NCBI GenBank assembly: GCA_002633005.1
Contig: NMRA01000763.1
Coordinates: forward strand, 65,160-129,159
DNA: 64,000 nucleotides
Source of the DNA: Phoronis australis
Taxonomy: Eukaryota; Animalia; Phoronida
Reading direction: 5' to 3'
Position 1 is the stretch's first letter, and every line of letters starts with the position of its first letter. A program made the position numbers and the translations under genes. The notes under the pieces are model-generated. The model worked only from the letters and a program-made list of their open reading frames with translations, was not told the DNA's origin and searched no databases. Shown here piece after piece: positions 40,571 to 54,600 of the stretch.

Positions 40571-41620
40571 ATGCATTAGTTTATTGGGATTGGCCAAGCC
40601 AAAAATTGTAATTGAGCAAATGCCCCATGCACCCACTGTCTGTTACTGGAGTTGCCAGCTAATTCAACCTGGTAATGTTTTTAAACCCTGGTTAAGAGAT
40701 TCAAGTTAATAGGTGGACAGGAGCCGAATGCTCCAATTCACATTCTGCCATTGTCAGTTTGAGTGACATCTTTATGTAATAGGTCCTCATTCAAGACAAA
40801 CTATCCTCACATTTCATACAACGATACTGGTATATTCGGTGATACCACAGCACATACATTGACATCATCTCATCCAAATTCATGTCTCAGTTCCAAATAT
40901 CTTCTGACTCTGATATTTGTGCGACATCAGAGCACCACCTGTGGACAGTAAACAGGCAACAATCTCACACCTCCACACATTGGCATCAAATGATTTTCAG
41001 CACACAATTAAAAGTGACATTGTGTGGCAACATAATTCCTCACGTCAACATTACATATACTGTCATCATTACATTTCTCTGTCCAAAGGTCAGAATATCA
41101 CATGGCGACACGCAGGCAACTGGTCATCTAATTGGCGGAACTCCAGAGCACACTTGTTCCTCTCCATCTGGTAGCCAAGTTCATTGTACATAAGAGCCTG
41201 AAACAATTGCATATCATTTATATAGCATTCACATGTGAACATATTTATACCATGTTCACATGTAGATAAAACAATACTGCATTAATATTGTGTTCACATG
41301 TCACGAGTAAGATACTGGATTCGCATGTTGACACAGTAATATTGCGTTCACATGTCGACAGACAGATACTGCAGTCACATGTGAACAGAATCAGATTACA
41401 AGAGCAACGCGGAGCGTTGAAATGCGCCCACAATTGCACCGCATACGGTATCCTTCTAGGGTTGTTTATTGGTACCATAAAGTGGCCAGTAGAGGGCATA
41501 CTTTGCAAAATGGAAAGGCATGGTCATTGTCTCCTCAATAGGCTAGGGGCAAAATGTGAGTAATCTTCATAATACAAGCACATCCTATACACCAGTTGCT
41601 TAAAGCACCACAGAAACATA

Positions 41621-42067
41621 NNNNNNNNNNNNNNNNNNNNNNNNNNNNNNNNNNNNNNNNNNNNNNNNNNNNNNNNNNNNNNNNNNNNNNNNNNNNNNNN
41701 NNNNNNNNNNNNNNNNNNNNNNNNNNNNNNNNNNNNNNNNNNNNNNNNNNNNNNNNNNNNNNNNNNNNNNNNNNNNNNNNNNNNNNNNNNNNNNNNNNNN
41801 NNNNNNNNNNNNNNNNNNNNNNNNNNNNNNNNNNNNNNNNNNNNNNNNNNNNNNNNNNNNNNNNNNNNNNNNNNNNNNNNNNNNNNNNNNNNNNNNNNNN
41901 NNNNNNNNNNNNNNNNNNNNNNNNNNNNNNNNNNNNNNNNNNNNNNNNNNNNNNNNNNNNNNNNNNNNNNNNNNNNNNNNNNNNNNNNNNNNNNNNNNNN
42001 NNNNNNNNNNNNNNNNNNNNNNNNNNNNNNNNNNNNNNNNNNNNNNNNNNNNNNNNNNNNNNNNNNN
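41621..42067. other. Assembly gap (N run)
   Basis: Run of N. Confidence 1.
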
Positions 42068-42347
42068 CGTTCAGGATTTTTGAAGATACAAAGGTAAGCG
42101 TAAAAAACTAAAATTGCCACTAGGGGGCACACCGGTAGTCGGATCCGTCCGAAAGTTCGCACATGCCGTCCCATTCATGAATGGAACATATGTGCCAAAT
42201 TTCATGAACGTATGTCAAAAGGTTTTGGAGATAGAGCAGCAGACGCCGGACGCCGGACGGACGCTGCCCCGACGGACGGACGGACGGACGGACGGACAGA
42301 GATGACGGCATAATGCGTCCACATATAAATATGTGGGCGCATAAAAA
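42068..42347 (+). mobile_element. 3' end of a non-autonomous Helentron/DINE-1-like element
   Basis: CCAAATTTCATG motif, (GGAC)n microsatellite, terminal stem-loop ATGCGTCCACATAT..ATATGTGGGCGCAT followed by AAAA. Confidence 0.5.
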
Positions 42348-42613
42348 TCGCATTCAAATGTTGAGACACATACTGCATTCACACAATACTGTGTTCATAC
42401 ACTGACAGACTGATACTGTGCAATCAGTATTCATTCTGCACTTTATTCTTGTGTTCACCCACAGTGTGCCTGGTGCTAGCGATCAGAGAACCAACCTATC
42501 ACACAAGATGAAGATCAATATCTCACCTACAGTAGTCCATATAATATAAATTCATTTTGTGGGCAGTAACGTCATCTTTTTGCACTAAATTAAATGTAAA
42601 AACAAATTCTCAC

Positions 42614-45600
42614 CTTGTAATAAACAGCTTCTTTTGCATACATGTGGTCATCGACGCGCCTGAATTTTTCTGCCGCTTGGCTAAGATAGTCGACAGCATT
42701 CAACAAGCCTAAAATAACAACACTAGCCAGCTGAGACAAATACCATAAAACAAAAGCATAACTTTATGCCACTATGATGAATAGCTACACTTGGCTATCT
42801 ATGATTGGAAACTGCTATTAATCACATTAAGAGTGTTAGGTTACATATATTCATCAGATGACTTTTGTCCTGTGATGCATGTTGTGAGAACACGATAATA
42901 ATCCAGCATTGTACATACAAAAACTAATAAATGACAATTTGTCTATCTTTGAAGCAGTCAATATGGTAAAGTATGACCAATTTCAATTATGAATTTATTG
43001 ACGTTATTGTCCTTTTTCATTTTTCAACGACTACTAACATTGTTGTGAATGACCACACTATTTCAACAACTTGCCGTAGAGAATTTGAAAGAAGTTAGTA
43101 TACATGATGCTGATTACGGTTTAGAAAAAAGTAAGAAACTTAATTTTCAATTCAACTGAATTGTATTCTAAATTAATGTCATTTATCAGATTAAATGTCC
43201 ATTCACTATTTGAAACTGATCCTTGCTGAGATGGATAAAGGCAGAGTTTGAAAAGATATTTCCTTCCCACCAGCTATCTGATGAGAATTTAAAACTAATA
43301 CCCCGTTAATATGATAGCGTTTCCACAAGCACTTTCCCTAGCAGCAGAAACGCCAGTAATGAGAATGGCTACAAGCCAGGGTAACTTTGCTGGCACGGGT
43401 GGTGTTTGGCACTAGCACTTTTATATCCATAATGCTTACTTCAAAGAACACACATGCGCAGGCCTGGATAACAGGTATTTATTTTATCGTCGCAATTTCA
43501 GAGAGTCAGCGTGTTTTGAAACCAGTTTTCCCTTAGGTGGTGAAAAAACAAACTAGCTGCTGGCAAAAATGACCCCTTCTCAAACAGCATGTCTGGCGCT
43601 CTTACTATTGTTTTAGCCAGTAAAACTGCTAGCATTTTCGCCACTCATGTGAACCTAGTGTAAAAACTCATACTAAAAATCCAAAACAAAGGCTTCCACC
43701 ACACAAAATATGATTAGAGTATCTCGGCAGCAAAGTTTCCGTGAGACAAGATTTGTTGAACGTGACATTCCATAAGTTATTAATGGCCTTAACAGATTAA
43801 CGATCTTATTAAACAAAATATAATTGAGACTAAAAACTTTACAATGGATGGTATTACAGTTTCATGCACAAAAAACCTTCCGTTTTTAAACCAGAAGGCA
43901 ACACAAGTTCCTGGCATCATGTGGCCAGTGATCATGTGACTGGCAAACACGTGACCAGTAGTCACATGACCTTTGACCTCATTACCTGTGATCTGAGCAA
44001 GCTGCGAACCAACGTGACTCACCTTTTGTCTTCCTGTCCGTCGTCTCCGTGGCAGACTCGGCTGCGTGCACTTTTGCATAAAGCAGCAGCGCCCTCCCTT
44101 GGTCAAATTGCGAGGTACTGGCATAGACATCTACCATACAACTGTCCAGCAAATCAAGCGCCTGGCGTGGTAATCCAAAGCAGTACTGAAACACAGACAC
44201 AGACAACTAAAATATATTCACAAATTTCACGGTGCTTGTCATTTTTGACAAAAACCTTTACCATTAAGAGAAGAAATTAAATTTAAAGAGGTACTTAAAC
44301 CTGCTATAAAAGCTGCTTCAACTTGTTTTCATTATGATGAGAAGTGCTTTCTGGACTCCTGCAATAAGGAACAGTCAGTTCTTCACAAGCTCAGAAATCA
44401 CTACTTAATTATAAAAGTAAGAAAAAGTCAATACCAATTTTATAATTAGCTGATGGACATTGTCGCCCATCCAGGTGAAGTAGCGTCAGATCCAATGTCT
44501 TGAAAACTTTTCAAGTGAGTTTTCCAAAACTTTTCAACTATAATTGTTTACAGGGCCAAATAAGTGCCGTAAATCAGTTCTTTGAGAGAAGGTTGGTTTA
44601 CAGCGACAGCTCCAAAGAACTACTGACCACACTGGGCACACGTCATACCTGCACGCTGGCCAGCACCAGTCTGCTCATAACTACCCAGTAGCCCAAATGG
44701 TGGCGCTGGCTGTGGCTTACACACTCGAGGGCGTGGCTCAGGGCTACAGGGTGGTTCCCCATCTGACAGAAAAGTTCAGCCAGCAGCAGCGTACACCTGA
44801 AAGTGCAGTGTGATACTCATGTTTAGAATATCTTCTGTTAGCGATAAAGTCAAACAGTGCCATTGTTGAAGTACATTTCGACAATGATTTCAAGACGAAA
44901 TTGATAATTCTAACCGGGTAAGTGATAATTAAAATAATTAGGAATCACAGGAGCGCTACAGAAACCGTTAGTAATTGCTTACTGAGATCCGCATTTTGAG
45001 AATCAGTTCACTCCACTGAATAACAGGCATCAAACTGGTTCTTAAAATCTTGGACCCCATAAGTGTCTAGAGCTGAAACAGAACCTCAACAAAACCCAAG
45101 TGACCTGAACAGCAACTCAAACACCTGAGGCTCATAAAATGGTGAGAGAATAGGAAACAAACTATGCAGTGGTTTTAAGACAGTGTTAAGAATCTACACT
45201 CTTGGAGAATTTTTACGTATTAAATTGTCAACTTCTATATTCCATTTCTCATCAAGAATGTCTCTTTAAATCTCTAACACACCGAGCAATAAATTCAGGA
45301 GGGTTCTCTTCATTCTTCAGAAGTTTCTGTAACGTTTCTATAGCCTTAGGCGTCCGCTCTGTATGACGCAGCACAATGGCTTGCCTATAAATTAAAATAG
45401 AGAATAAAAACATTAGCAAGCAAACAGTGAACCTTTCAAGAGCCCTGAAACAAATGTGGCTGCCCACTAACTCTTGAGGTCCGTATAGGAAGCGATGTTC
45501 AACTTCCCCAAGCCAAAGTCATGGAGCATAGTGGGTTGCTTCGCAGCCATGGCTGGAAGTCATTTACAGTCAAGTCAACTGAAGCAAAGCAGGTTAAGTG

Positions 45601-48600
45601 GCATGCTTGTCCAAGAGCATAAAGGATTGACTATATAACTGAAGGAATACAGCAGATGAGACTTGAACCCATAACATTTGATCAGTAGGCAGTCCGCCGC
45701 AGTAGCAGTTGAAATCGCAATAACTTGCCCATCAAGTTCATTCACAAAATAATCAATCAGCCGCTAAGCGCAATACGTGCTATAATTAAAAATCGCCAAA
45801 AGTTCTATTTCAGAGCAAGAAAGTTTAACAAACTGACAGACACCTCTGACAAGAAGTTCGTCCAAGTTTGGCCAGTTCTGTCGAAGTCTGTTTTTGTTTT
45901 GAAAACAATAAAGAAGCTTTTAAGACATAAAATGTAGACTGAGTGACCAATGTCAAAGCATTGGTTAACACGACACATTAGAACCTCATGTGCACATTTC
46001 AAGAACATTGTCATACCTGTAATCAGATTCTGACAGACTGTAGATGCCAATGTTCTCAGCACACTGCTGTGCCTCATGCCACTTCCCACGATGCACAGCA
46101 AGGTCAAAGTTCACTTCCTGTTCACAGATCATCCACCAAGCGTTAGTGAACGCAGCAGATGTCCTCTTCAGGATCTCCAGCAGTTTGCTGGTCTCACAGT
46201 GCATACCCTGGAAACCAACCGAGCGGTGAATTTTCATCATCTTATAGGGACTGGTAAAATGCAGGAAAGAACGGACGCTGCCATCTGGTGGCACAAGGAA
46301 AAACTGTACTCGTCCGTGTTACCGCCCACGGCGCTTAAATTGGGGAACCAAAAAACAGGGGGTGGGCGGTAAGCTGAGCATGGGCAGTTAAAATCGAAAT
46401 TTTTTGAGAAGTCAGGAGCTGTTGCTTACTGCACGGAGGACCGATTTTACCCTGACGGAGCTACACTGACGTTGGAATTCAGGCGTATCAGTTGAAATAT
46501 AGGTCGGGGGATTGAAGTAACAGAGTTCGACGGAATGCGCACAAGATACAGCAGTGTCGTGATCTTGAACATGATTACATGATTGGGTTTTTACGTATCT
46601 TGGTCGCTAATGGTCATCTCTCAGAACTAAAGGTATTCCTAAAGGTACATGTAGGCGTGGGTTCAGTAGGGCAAGTTTCTTTAAAGAAAAGACAGATCAA
46701 ACAAGACTTTGCTAGTTCGCGGTGCATTTTTAAGGAAAGTACTTGATGATTCCCGCTGGACACTTAGGCAACCAAGCATGTGCTAATGATTGACAGGTCT
46801 TCTTACTGAATACTTTGAACTTAGACAATCAAACACATGCTAATGATTGACAGGTCTTCTTATTGAATACTTTGAACAGTGTTAACATTTTACATACATT
46901 GTATATTTCTTTTTTAGTTCAAACCCAACACTGCTGTTGTTCAAAGCACGTGCTCAACAATCGGAGGATGCTACTATTAGGCAATACGTGTACTCAGTCA
47001 GCTGCTAAAATAATGAAGTAAAAATACATCTTGTAAAAAGTCATCAGGCAAATCAAAAGTTCAAAAACTTATGTTTTTGACCACGTGGAACGAGGACAGA
47101 ATGTTCGACTTGCACTACTGACAAGTTGATTTTTGCGCTCTTTCCTTTGGTTGGTCGCTTCCATTTTGGCGTAAGGAGTGAAAGTCGTTTAAAATATGCG
47201 TTTAACCAAGACAGGAACAGCGATACCAATTGGCTTGTCAAAATGGACCATGTCCTTTCTTATTTCAATGCTCAGGGTGGTTATGTTTTGTGTACTTTCA
47301 CAGGGAATCACAGAAAGGTTGGCCACGGACGTGATATCCCTGTGAAGTACTGCTTTGTTGGTTCTTCTACAGCAAGTGGAATACATACGACAACCGCTGT
47401 CTCAGTGATCAGTACATGCCAACACGAGTTCCACGCGTGAGCCAAAGGAAACAATCGTGTCTCCTTCAGTAAAGTGCATGAGAATACGGGTATTTAACTG
47501 CCATAGTAAGGCAAGGCCCTGGTTCTGTTACAACTGATTGGTTGTCACAGAAAGGTAAGCCAGTTGCCCACGTTTTGGAATCTTAATTTTGTACGACAAA
47601 TGTTCACAGAAGCACAGATACTTTTACGGAAGTCTCGATCATGAAAATTGGAGGTGGGAGATAAGCCGAGCAAGGGCCGTAACCCGGACAAGTACAGTAT
47701 TCTCACTCACAGTGATAGGCAGAGATGTTAACTTCACATTAAGGTCCAATTAAAATTTAACAAAAAACTAATGTCACAAAACTTCAACTAAACCGACAAA
47801 TAATTCCGAGCTTGTCCAAGTCTGACAGGTTCTTGCGAAGTTTGTCCAGTTTATTTCTAAAACTACCATAGCTGTTCAACCTCTGACCTATGACATCATA
47901 GCCACCCTCCTTACCTTATTGGCCAGATGCCTCACCAGGTGACACAATGCTAGCTGTTCACTCTCCGTCTGTTGCTCAATGCCTCGTTCACTAGTGTTCA
48001 AGTGAAGCACTGTCTGAGAACACATAGAGGTCAGCTCACTGAAGGAAAGGAACAAGTAATTTCTAAGTCACATCCAGTGTTCAGGCCCCTAAAAACCAGC
48101 CCACAATGAAAATAGTCTCATTATGTTCTTCATTCAATTGAGAGGCGATTGGAGGGCTTGGGTGTAATTTACTGTCTATTATTGCATGATACTAGACTCG
48201 ACAACTTGACCTTAACACAGTGAGTCATTTTATGCTCCAACCAGAAACACTTTGCTAGTTCGCACTATTAAGGTCACAAGCTTACTTCCTAATAATAATC
48301 CTTTCACTAATGTGACCTTCAGTGACCTCTGTTTGCCAAATTAGTAACCAGAAGGCAGCGTAAATGAGAATTAAAGCAGTAGTAACACATGTTCTGTGGA
48401 AGAAACTGACTTGATTTCAACCCCTAAGCACCATACTGACTATAGAGAGTGTACAAGACATGATTTACAGATAATGTATGATGAATTTAATAGCTAAGTC
48501 AGGTGACCTCAAATATAATGTAATCATTACGACAAGAATACAGAAAAGAAAGCATAACAGCATGTCAAAGACTATTTGCAAAAATGGACAAAACCTGAAT

Positions 48601-51600
48601 AGACTAAAAGAAAGATCAGTAGTATGCACGTAAAATGAAAATGAGTTTCATTATGTGGTCGAAATTTCGACAAGAAAAGCAAGCATTGTGTTTTGTCCTT
48701 ACCCGATTCCGTAGAGGCTCCATAGGCTAGCTTTCTGTGCACAGTTCTGAGACATGAGATCGCTGATAGAGTGCTGGCAGTTGAGTATGTCACTCTTCAG
48801 AAGGTACTCGAATACACTGCAATAAACACAGTTGAGTGAACAGTTGTTACCAGAGTAATTCATTCATCCTAGGTTTCATAGACCCAAGACACTGGCCATG
48901 CATACGCGGAGAGGAATCTTCGTTTACATCAAAGAAATAGTAAATTCTACACCATAATTCATGATTTCAATCCCATAATTCATGATTTCAACCCCACAAT
49001 GCAACATTCCAACCTCACCAACCTATCACTCCACAAAGTTCTGAGCCAATAAATCATGTGCTTACTCAGCTAGAAATTACAAAATCATCATCCTATTGGG
49101 CAGAAATTTCTTCGCACTTGGAACTTGTCACCTGTGACCACAGAAACAGACAATAACTACATAATAACATGCCATCATGTCAATTAATAATTACCTGATG
49201 TAGAACCAAAGCAAGTAAAAGAGTGTGCATTACCTGGAAGGCTGTGCTGTTGCCAGTGCATTGTGCTTAGCCAGTGACTGTACATTGAGGGACGTTAGGT
49301 ACTGAAATAAATAGAAACAGCCATGTGCTTGTGATGGCAGAATTTGATACAATATACACTGTACAATCAACCCGCGTTTCGGATACTCAAAAACCTGTTC
49401 TTAACAAAGTTCACTGTAACCAAATCAACTTGTACACAGTCCATTTGTGACTTATAATGGTGACTGAGCGCAAGTGGAATTCTGCATCATGACGGGTAGA
49501 TGTAAAAGTAATTCCTTAAACGACACCTGAATGCAAAAAAGGAAGTCCCCATTTTGACCCCAGAGGAAGTATTGTGGCCTGAAGGGACAGGTGCCCGACA
49601 CGATGTAGAAAGATTTTGTCCAGTTACGTTTGGCACGTACACATACAGTGGATACTGTCATTCAAAAGAGGTCATTTCTGGTATTAAGAAGCGTATTTTC
49701 ACAATATACCCAGTAACCGCTGGGAGAGCACCACATGGATTTTTACTAGAATGTGAAGTACAGGATGTCTTGCTCAGGACCGCCCCCTTACTTACCCACA
49801 ACGACAGTTTCTCCGCCTTACTGACAGACCTTTCCATCATGTGTGCTACTTTAGATGTCGATTGGTCCTCCAGTCTGTGAAGCCAACCCTACAGCGGGAT
49901 CATAATCACAGGTCAAAGGTCAAGAAATAACTATTGTGAAGCAATTGGAAGGAGTGGAATTAATGACCCTTAACGCAAGTGTCAATGTTCGTAAAATTTG
50001 CAACATGTCACAAATTCAATCAAGTTACAATTTCACAAGCTCCTCTGAACATTTCCTTACTCACATATTAAACAGGCATGTTCTTTGAAACAATTTCAAC
50101 TGTACAGACATTTTTCGATATAGCAGCAAAATGATAGAATACGCCTCGTCATTTGACGGCAATAGATTAGAACTTGCGACCACCATGGCCTCACTGCCGT
50201 GGGATATTAAACTGATTCACAAAAAATACTCAATGTTTCAGAATGTCTGTTCATGATAGACATTGTAATTCCTCCCTTGTCATGACTCACAAACTAGAAC
50301 TAGAAATCAGGTCAAGCCAATGAAACCTGTGTCACAGTTGTTAGAGGCCCGTGCCTTAGCACGCTGCTCTGTAGCCACGTAGCTACCACAACACGGACAG
50401 ACGTTATCCAAACCATATTCAGGGGCCCATGTTTCACAACTACACCATGCTGCCCCACGGTAATGTAGCTACCACAGCACAGATGGCTGTTGCCTAAAAT
50501 ATATTCAGAGGCCTGTGCCTCATCACCAGACCATACTGCCCTCTAGTGGCATAATTACCAGAGCATGCTGCAGACAGGCGTTATCATTGGCCTCCTGAGC
50601 CAACCTGATGGCTTCATGTAGAGCTTCGCGTGCTTCTTGCCTACAGAAAACAAGAAATTGTTGGAACCAACACCATGTCTACTGTAACATCAATTCTAAA
50701 AGGTGTGGGCTTTATATAAAGCAGCATCAGCCCATTTCCATTTGGTATTATTTGATGGCAACACCTCCCAATGTAAATAGACTAGAGCTGGGTATAAAAA
50801 GGACAATACATTTCAGGAATGGCTAACTACAACAAAGGGGGTTTAGGAAGTTACATCTTAGATGACAAGCAACGCAAATGTAGGCGACGGTTGCTTTATC
50901 TGCTACACATACATGCATAGTTCTAAAAATTGTTGAAGATAATACATGTAGTTTATTGCCTTCCTTGTAGTTCATGACCGTAGGATACAGCAAAGGTCAC
51001 AAATGTTTGACCAACCAATTAGAAAGGAATCGCAGACCAATAGGTAAAAAAAAAACACAGCAGTAACAGGATTCAGCGAGTATGTGTGCACATTGGTACA
51101 GCAGTTGATCCCTGTCACCAGGAGGCTCTGACGACTTCAATGCACACTCTTACTGTTAAATCTAGCCTACCAAATCACAGCAATTTTATTTTGAAAATTC
51201 ACCCTTTTTCTTTGTGTTCTCGTAAACCAAATAGTAACTTCTGTTCACATGGTCAAAATTCTGCATCCATGATACAAATATGCCAATACATCTACAATCG
51301 TGACCTCAGCATTTTGAACAGTTGCATATTCCCTACCATGTAAACAGTATGTACACGCCTTACACTGGCATGTTTGTGTCATTTGCCTATCATCAGTGCT
51401 TAACATTGAGAACACATCCACATCTAGTTACCATTCAGTAATAATTTTAAAAGCTGTAAGTTTAAAATTTTGCGCCTTGGTTGTACTCGGGAAATCTGCC
51501 AGTGGACAGATGCGCCCGATTCTGGATTATTTGTGCACCTTCCAATACAGGCCTAAATATGTGCACAAACGACAACCTATCCCCACTATCTGTGTTACCT

Positions 51601-54600
51601 GTGCCCAAAGTGGCAGTGCAGTGCGGCCACATTCAGCGCAGCATATCGGAACGCTCTGTTGTCATCGCCGCCGTCTTTCGACTTGGTGGTGACCTCGGGT
51701 AGCACGTGTCTGTCGAAGAAGTGGTAAATACTGTGCACTGACCCACAGTACTCTCTGACTCTCAACTGGTTTAAGTAGCTCAGGTAGTGCTGGTGGATAA
51801 TAATAACAATAACAATAGAAATACTAATAACAATAATAACAATAGCAACATTTATAATAATAACAATACTTTAAGGATGCTTAATTACCTAGAAAAATGT
51901 GCAAATTTGGCAAAGTTTGGAAAATCATATCTCGGAAGTGGTCGACTGTTCTCCAAAACCTTCTTAGTGATTGTTCCTAAAAAGTTCCACATGATAGTAC
52001 CTTTATCATTCTTATTAAATAATTCCAGCTGCATAAAACGAAAACAAAATGATAGTGATTTTAAGATTACACCTTGAATATTTATATCAAATAAAATCTG
52101 ACCATAATAGCAATATTGTTGGTGTGCTATCAATGTGTCTTTCTCTTAAACTAAATTTTAATAAAAAGACAGGGTCATGTGACCCTCTTTAACACCGCTG
52201 CAAATTACTTTTGTTTCTCCCTGGCATAACCTCACTCAAGGACCTTTGAAAGGGAGGTCTTAACATTCACCAAGTTGTACTTGTGAATATGGCACCCTCT
52301 TTTTAAGGTAGGTGTATACACTGGTCAAACCTCCATGTTCCTATCTAAAATAAATATATAGGTTTTAACTAGTTAGAAATTACTCTGAAAGTGACAAAAA
52401 TCAAAAAAAAATTATTGTAGTTCGTTTTTTTAAAAAAATCATATTTTTTATTTTTCAAAAAATCCTATTTTACCTCAATTTCTTTTTCAAAATGCACATG
52501 GATTATCATCAACTGTTTCCTTACACAATATTCTACTTATCCATACCAAATATATGTACAAAATCATTATGATCTTGATTTTGTGGCTTTTTTGCGTGTG
52601 AGTTGGGGCAAGCACGCCACTTTCTGTAATTTGGTCACTTTCCGTCTATTAACTAAAAATCAGTTCCATGTATCAAAAAACACTGGCACGCGAATTTTCT
52701 TCAGTCCTAGAGGATTTCAAATTTGCAAACTTCGTAAAAATTGACCCACGTGTTGCGGAAAAATAGGCAGTGATGGCTTCGGTAGAACTTGGCGTACTCA
52801 ATTTAATTTTTTTGCAGATGGGCAAACAGACTCAAGTTCGGAACAGGAGCTAGTTCACCAATTCACCACCAACTTTCACATGGTCAAAAATAGAATTATT
52901 TTATTTTTGGCCTTGCTAAATCAATATCAGCTGGCCGGTACAGCACTCTCGATTGCCCGGTTACGCAATGTTTGTTGACAGTGTTAGATTAGAGCTAGTT
53001 TCCTGGTATAAGCACCGCCCCACTTGTAAGTCACTGAGCTGGTGAGCACTCAAGCCATATGACTTATGGAAGCTTGGTCAAATATAATTAAAAAAACAAC
53101 TTTGGATTTTCAAAATGGTTTTATTTTTCTTCACTATACTGTGCATGAAGAATTGAAGATTAGGATGATACAAAAATTAAGGTAAAAAACAGTCAAAATT
53201 AAATTTTTGTGTATCTTCCCACCTTAACACCTGACCAGATTGAGAGCACAAAGCGGCACAATAGTCACTTACTGGGCTCCCACATTTTGAGAACCAGTTT
53301 TCTTCACTGAACAACAGGTATCAAACTGGTTCTAAACATCCAGGACTACAGCTGAAAGTAGTCCATCAGAATGGAAGGGTGAGTGGGACAACTGTACCAC
53401 GCCACCTACAGAATGCATGCATTACCACAGCAAGGATCGCTGTCACACTAGTGCCACCTTATGAATTTAATGTCGCTGTTAAAGAAAATTGTCGCGGAAA
53501 ATTATCCCAGGAGTTTTGTTTTCCAATTGTCGAGTTGCTACAAACCAGCCATTGTCAAAATAATGCGATTTTGAATTTTGACCACTTGGCATTATGGCAA
53601 TGACTCCTTAATCAATCAGCTCTTCATTTCATGAAAGTGCCTAAAGATTTAAGAATGAAATCTGGTGTTTCACTCCCACCTCAAATTTGCAGAATAAGAA
53701 TAACGCCACGTAGATATTAGCCCACCAAAGTCTAGAAATAACTTATAAGAATTATCTCATGTAACCAGCAGTTATCTGTAAATTCTCAGACTCTGCATTT
53801 TTTGATACAGTGAGATTTAATTATTTTTCAGAAATAATTGTTTGAGCGTCAGACCAGATTCCTGTCATAAGTCTATAGTCACTTTTCATGAAACAGGCCC
53901 CAAAAGCCATTTCCTGACTTAGAGAGAATTGAGTTTGAATTTCTTGAAATCAGACTCGACAAGTTGGTACATAACAGCAAGTGACAATCATGCACCTAGC
54001 ACGACACCAACATCTCACAAACTGTTGGTTCAAAGCCAGTTCCTTAGACAGAATGCCTGTTAAAGGAGCTTTGAGCCTGGTCAAACTTTCAAAAAGAAAA
54101 CCCTGCAATTGTGAATGCCTCTCATTCCAGGAAAATTTAGTTGAAAAATCACAGAGTAACAGACAGCGAAACTTACTGCTTCGGCAAAATTTGGGTTGCT
54201 AGCCACGAGTTGTCGTAGACGCTGTTGCAGGTCCGTTGGTGATGCAGCCTCGCTTTGGTTGCGGTGTAGAAGGTGTGTCTGCCGTGCGACAAAGAACTCA
54301 GCTTGACGTAGAGAATAGCAGCCTCCGACAAATGGGTCTGCAGAGCTGTAAAAGGGGAACTAAGTCAATAAACAAATTTTGAAACAGTAAAATGGGACAT
54401 ACTTTAGCAAGAATATGCCAATCTAAACCAAACTATGGGGCTATTTGCGCCAGAAATATTTGGCAAAGATGTGAACTTTTGCCACGAAAAACAATTGTTT
54501 GAAACTTTTATTTTCATTCCTTTGTCACCATAAAATAACATAGCTATCAAACTTCAGGCACAGGTGTATTGACATTACTGCCCAAAGCTGACAATTCTCG

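Noticed and set aside
41524-42174. Long ORFs in the ORF track (also 62382-62941)
   Set aside because: Artefacts of reading through N gaps and microsatellites.
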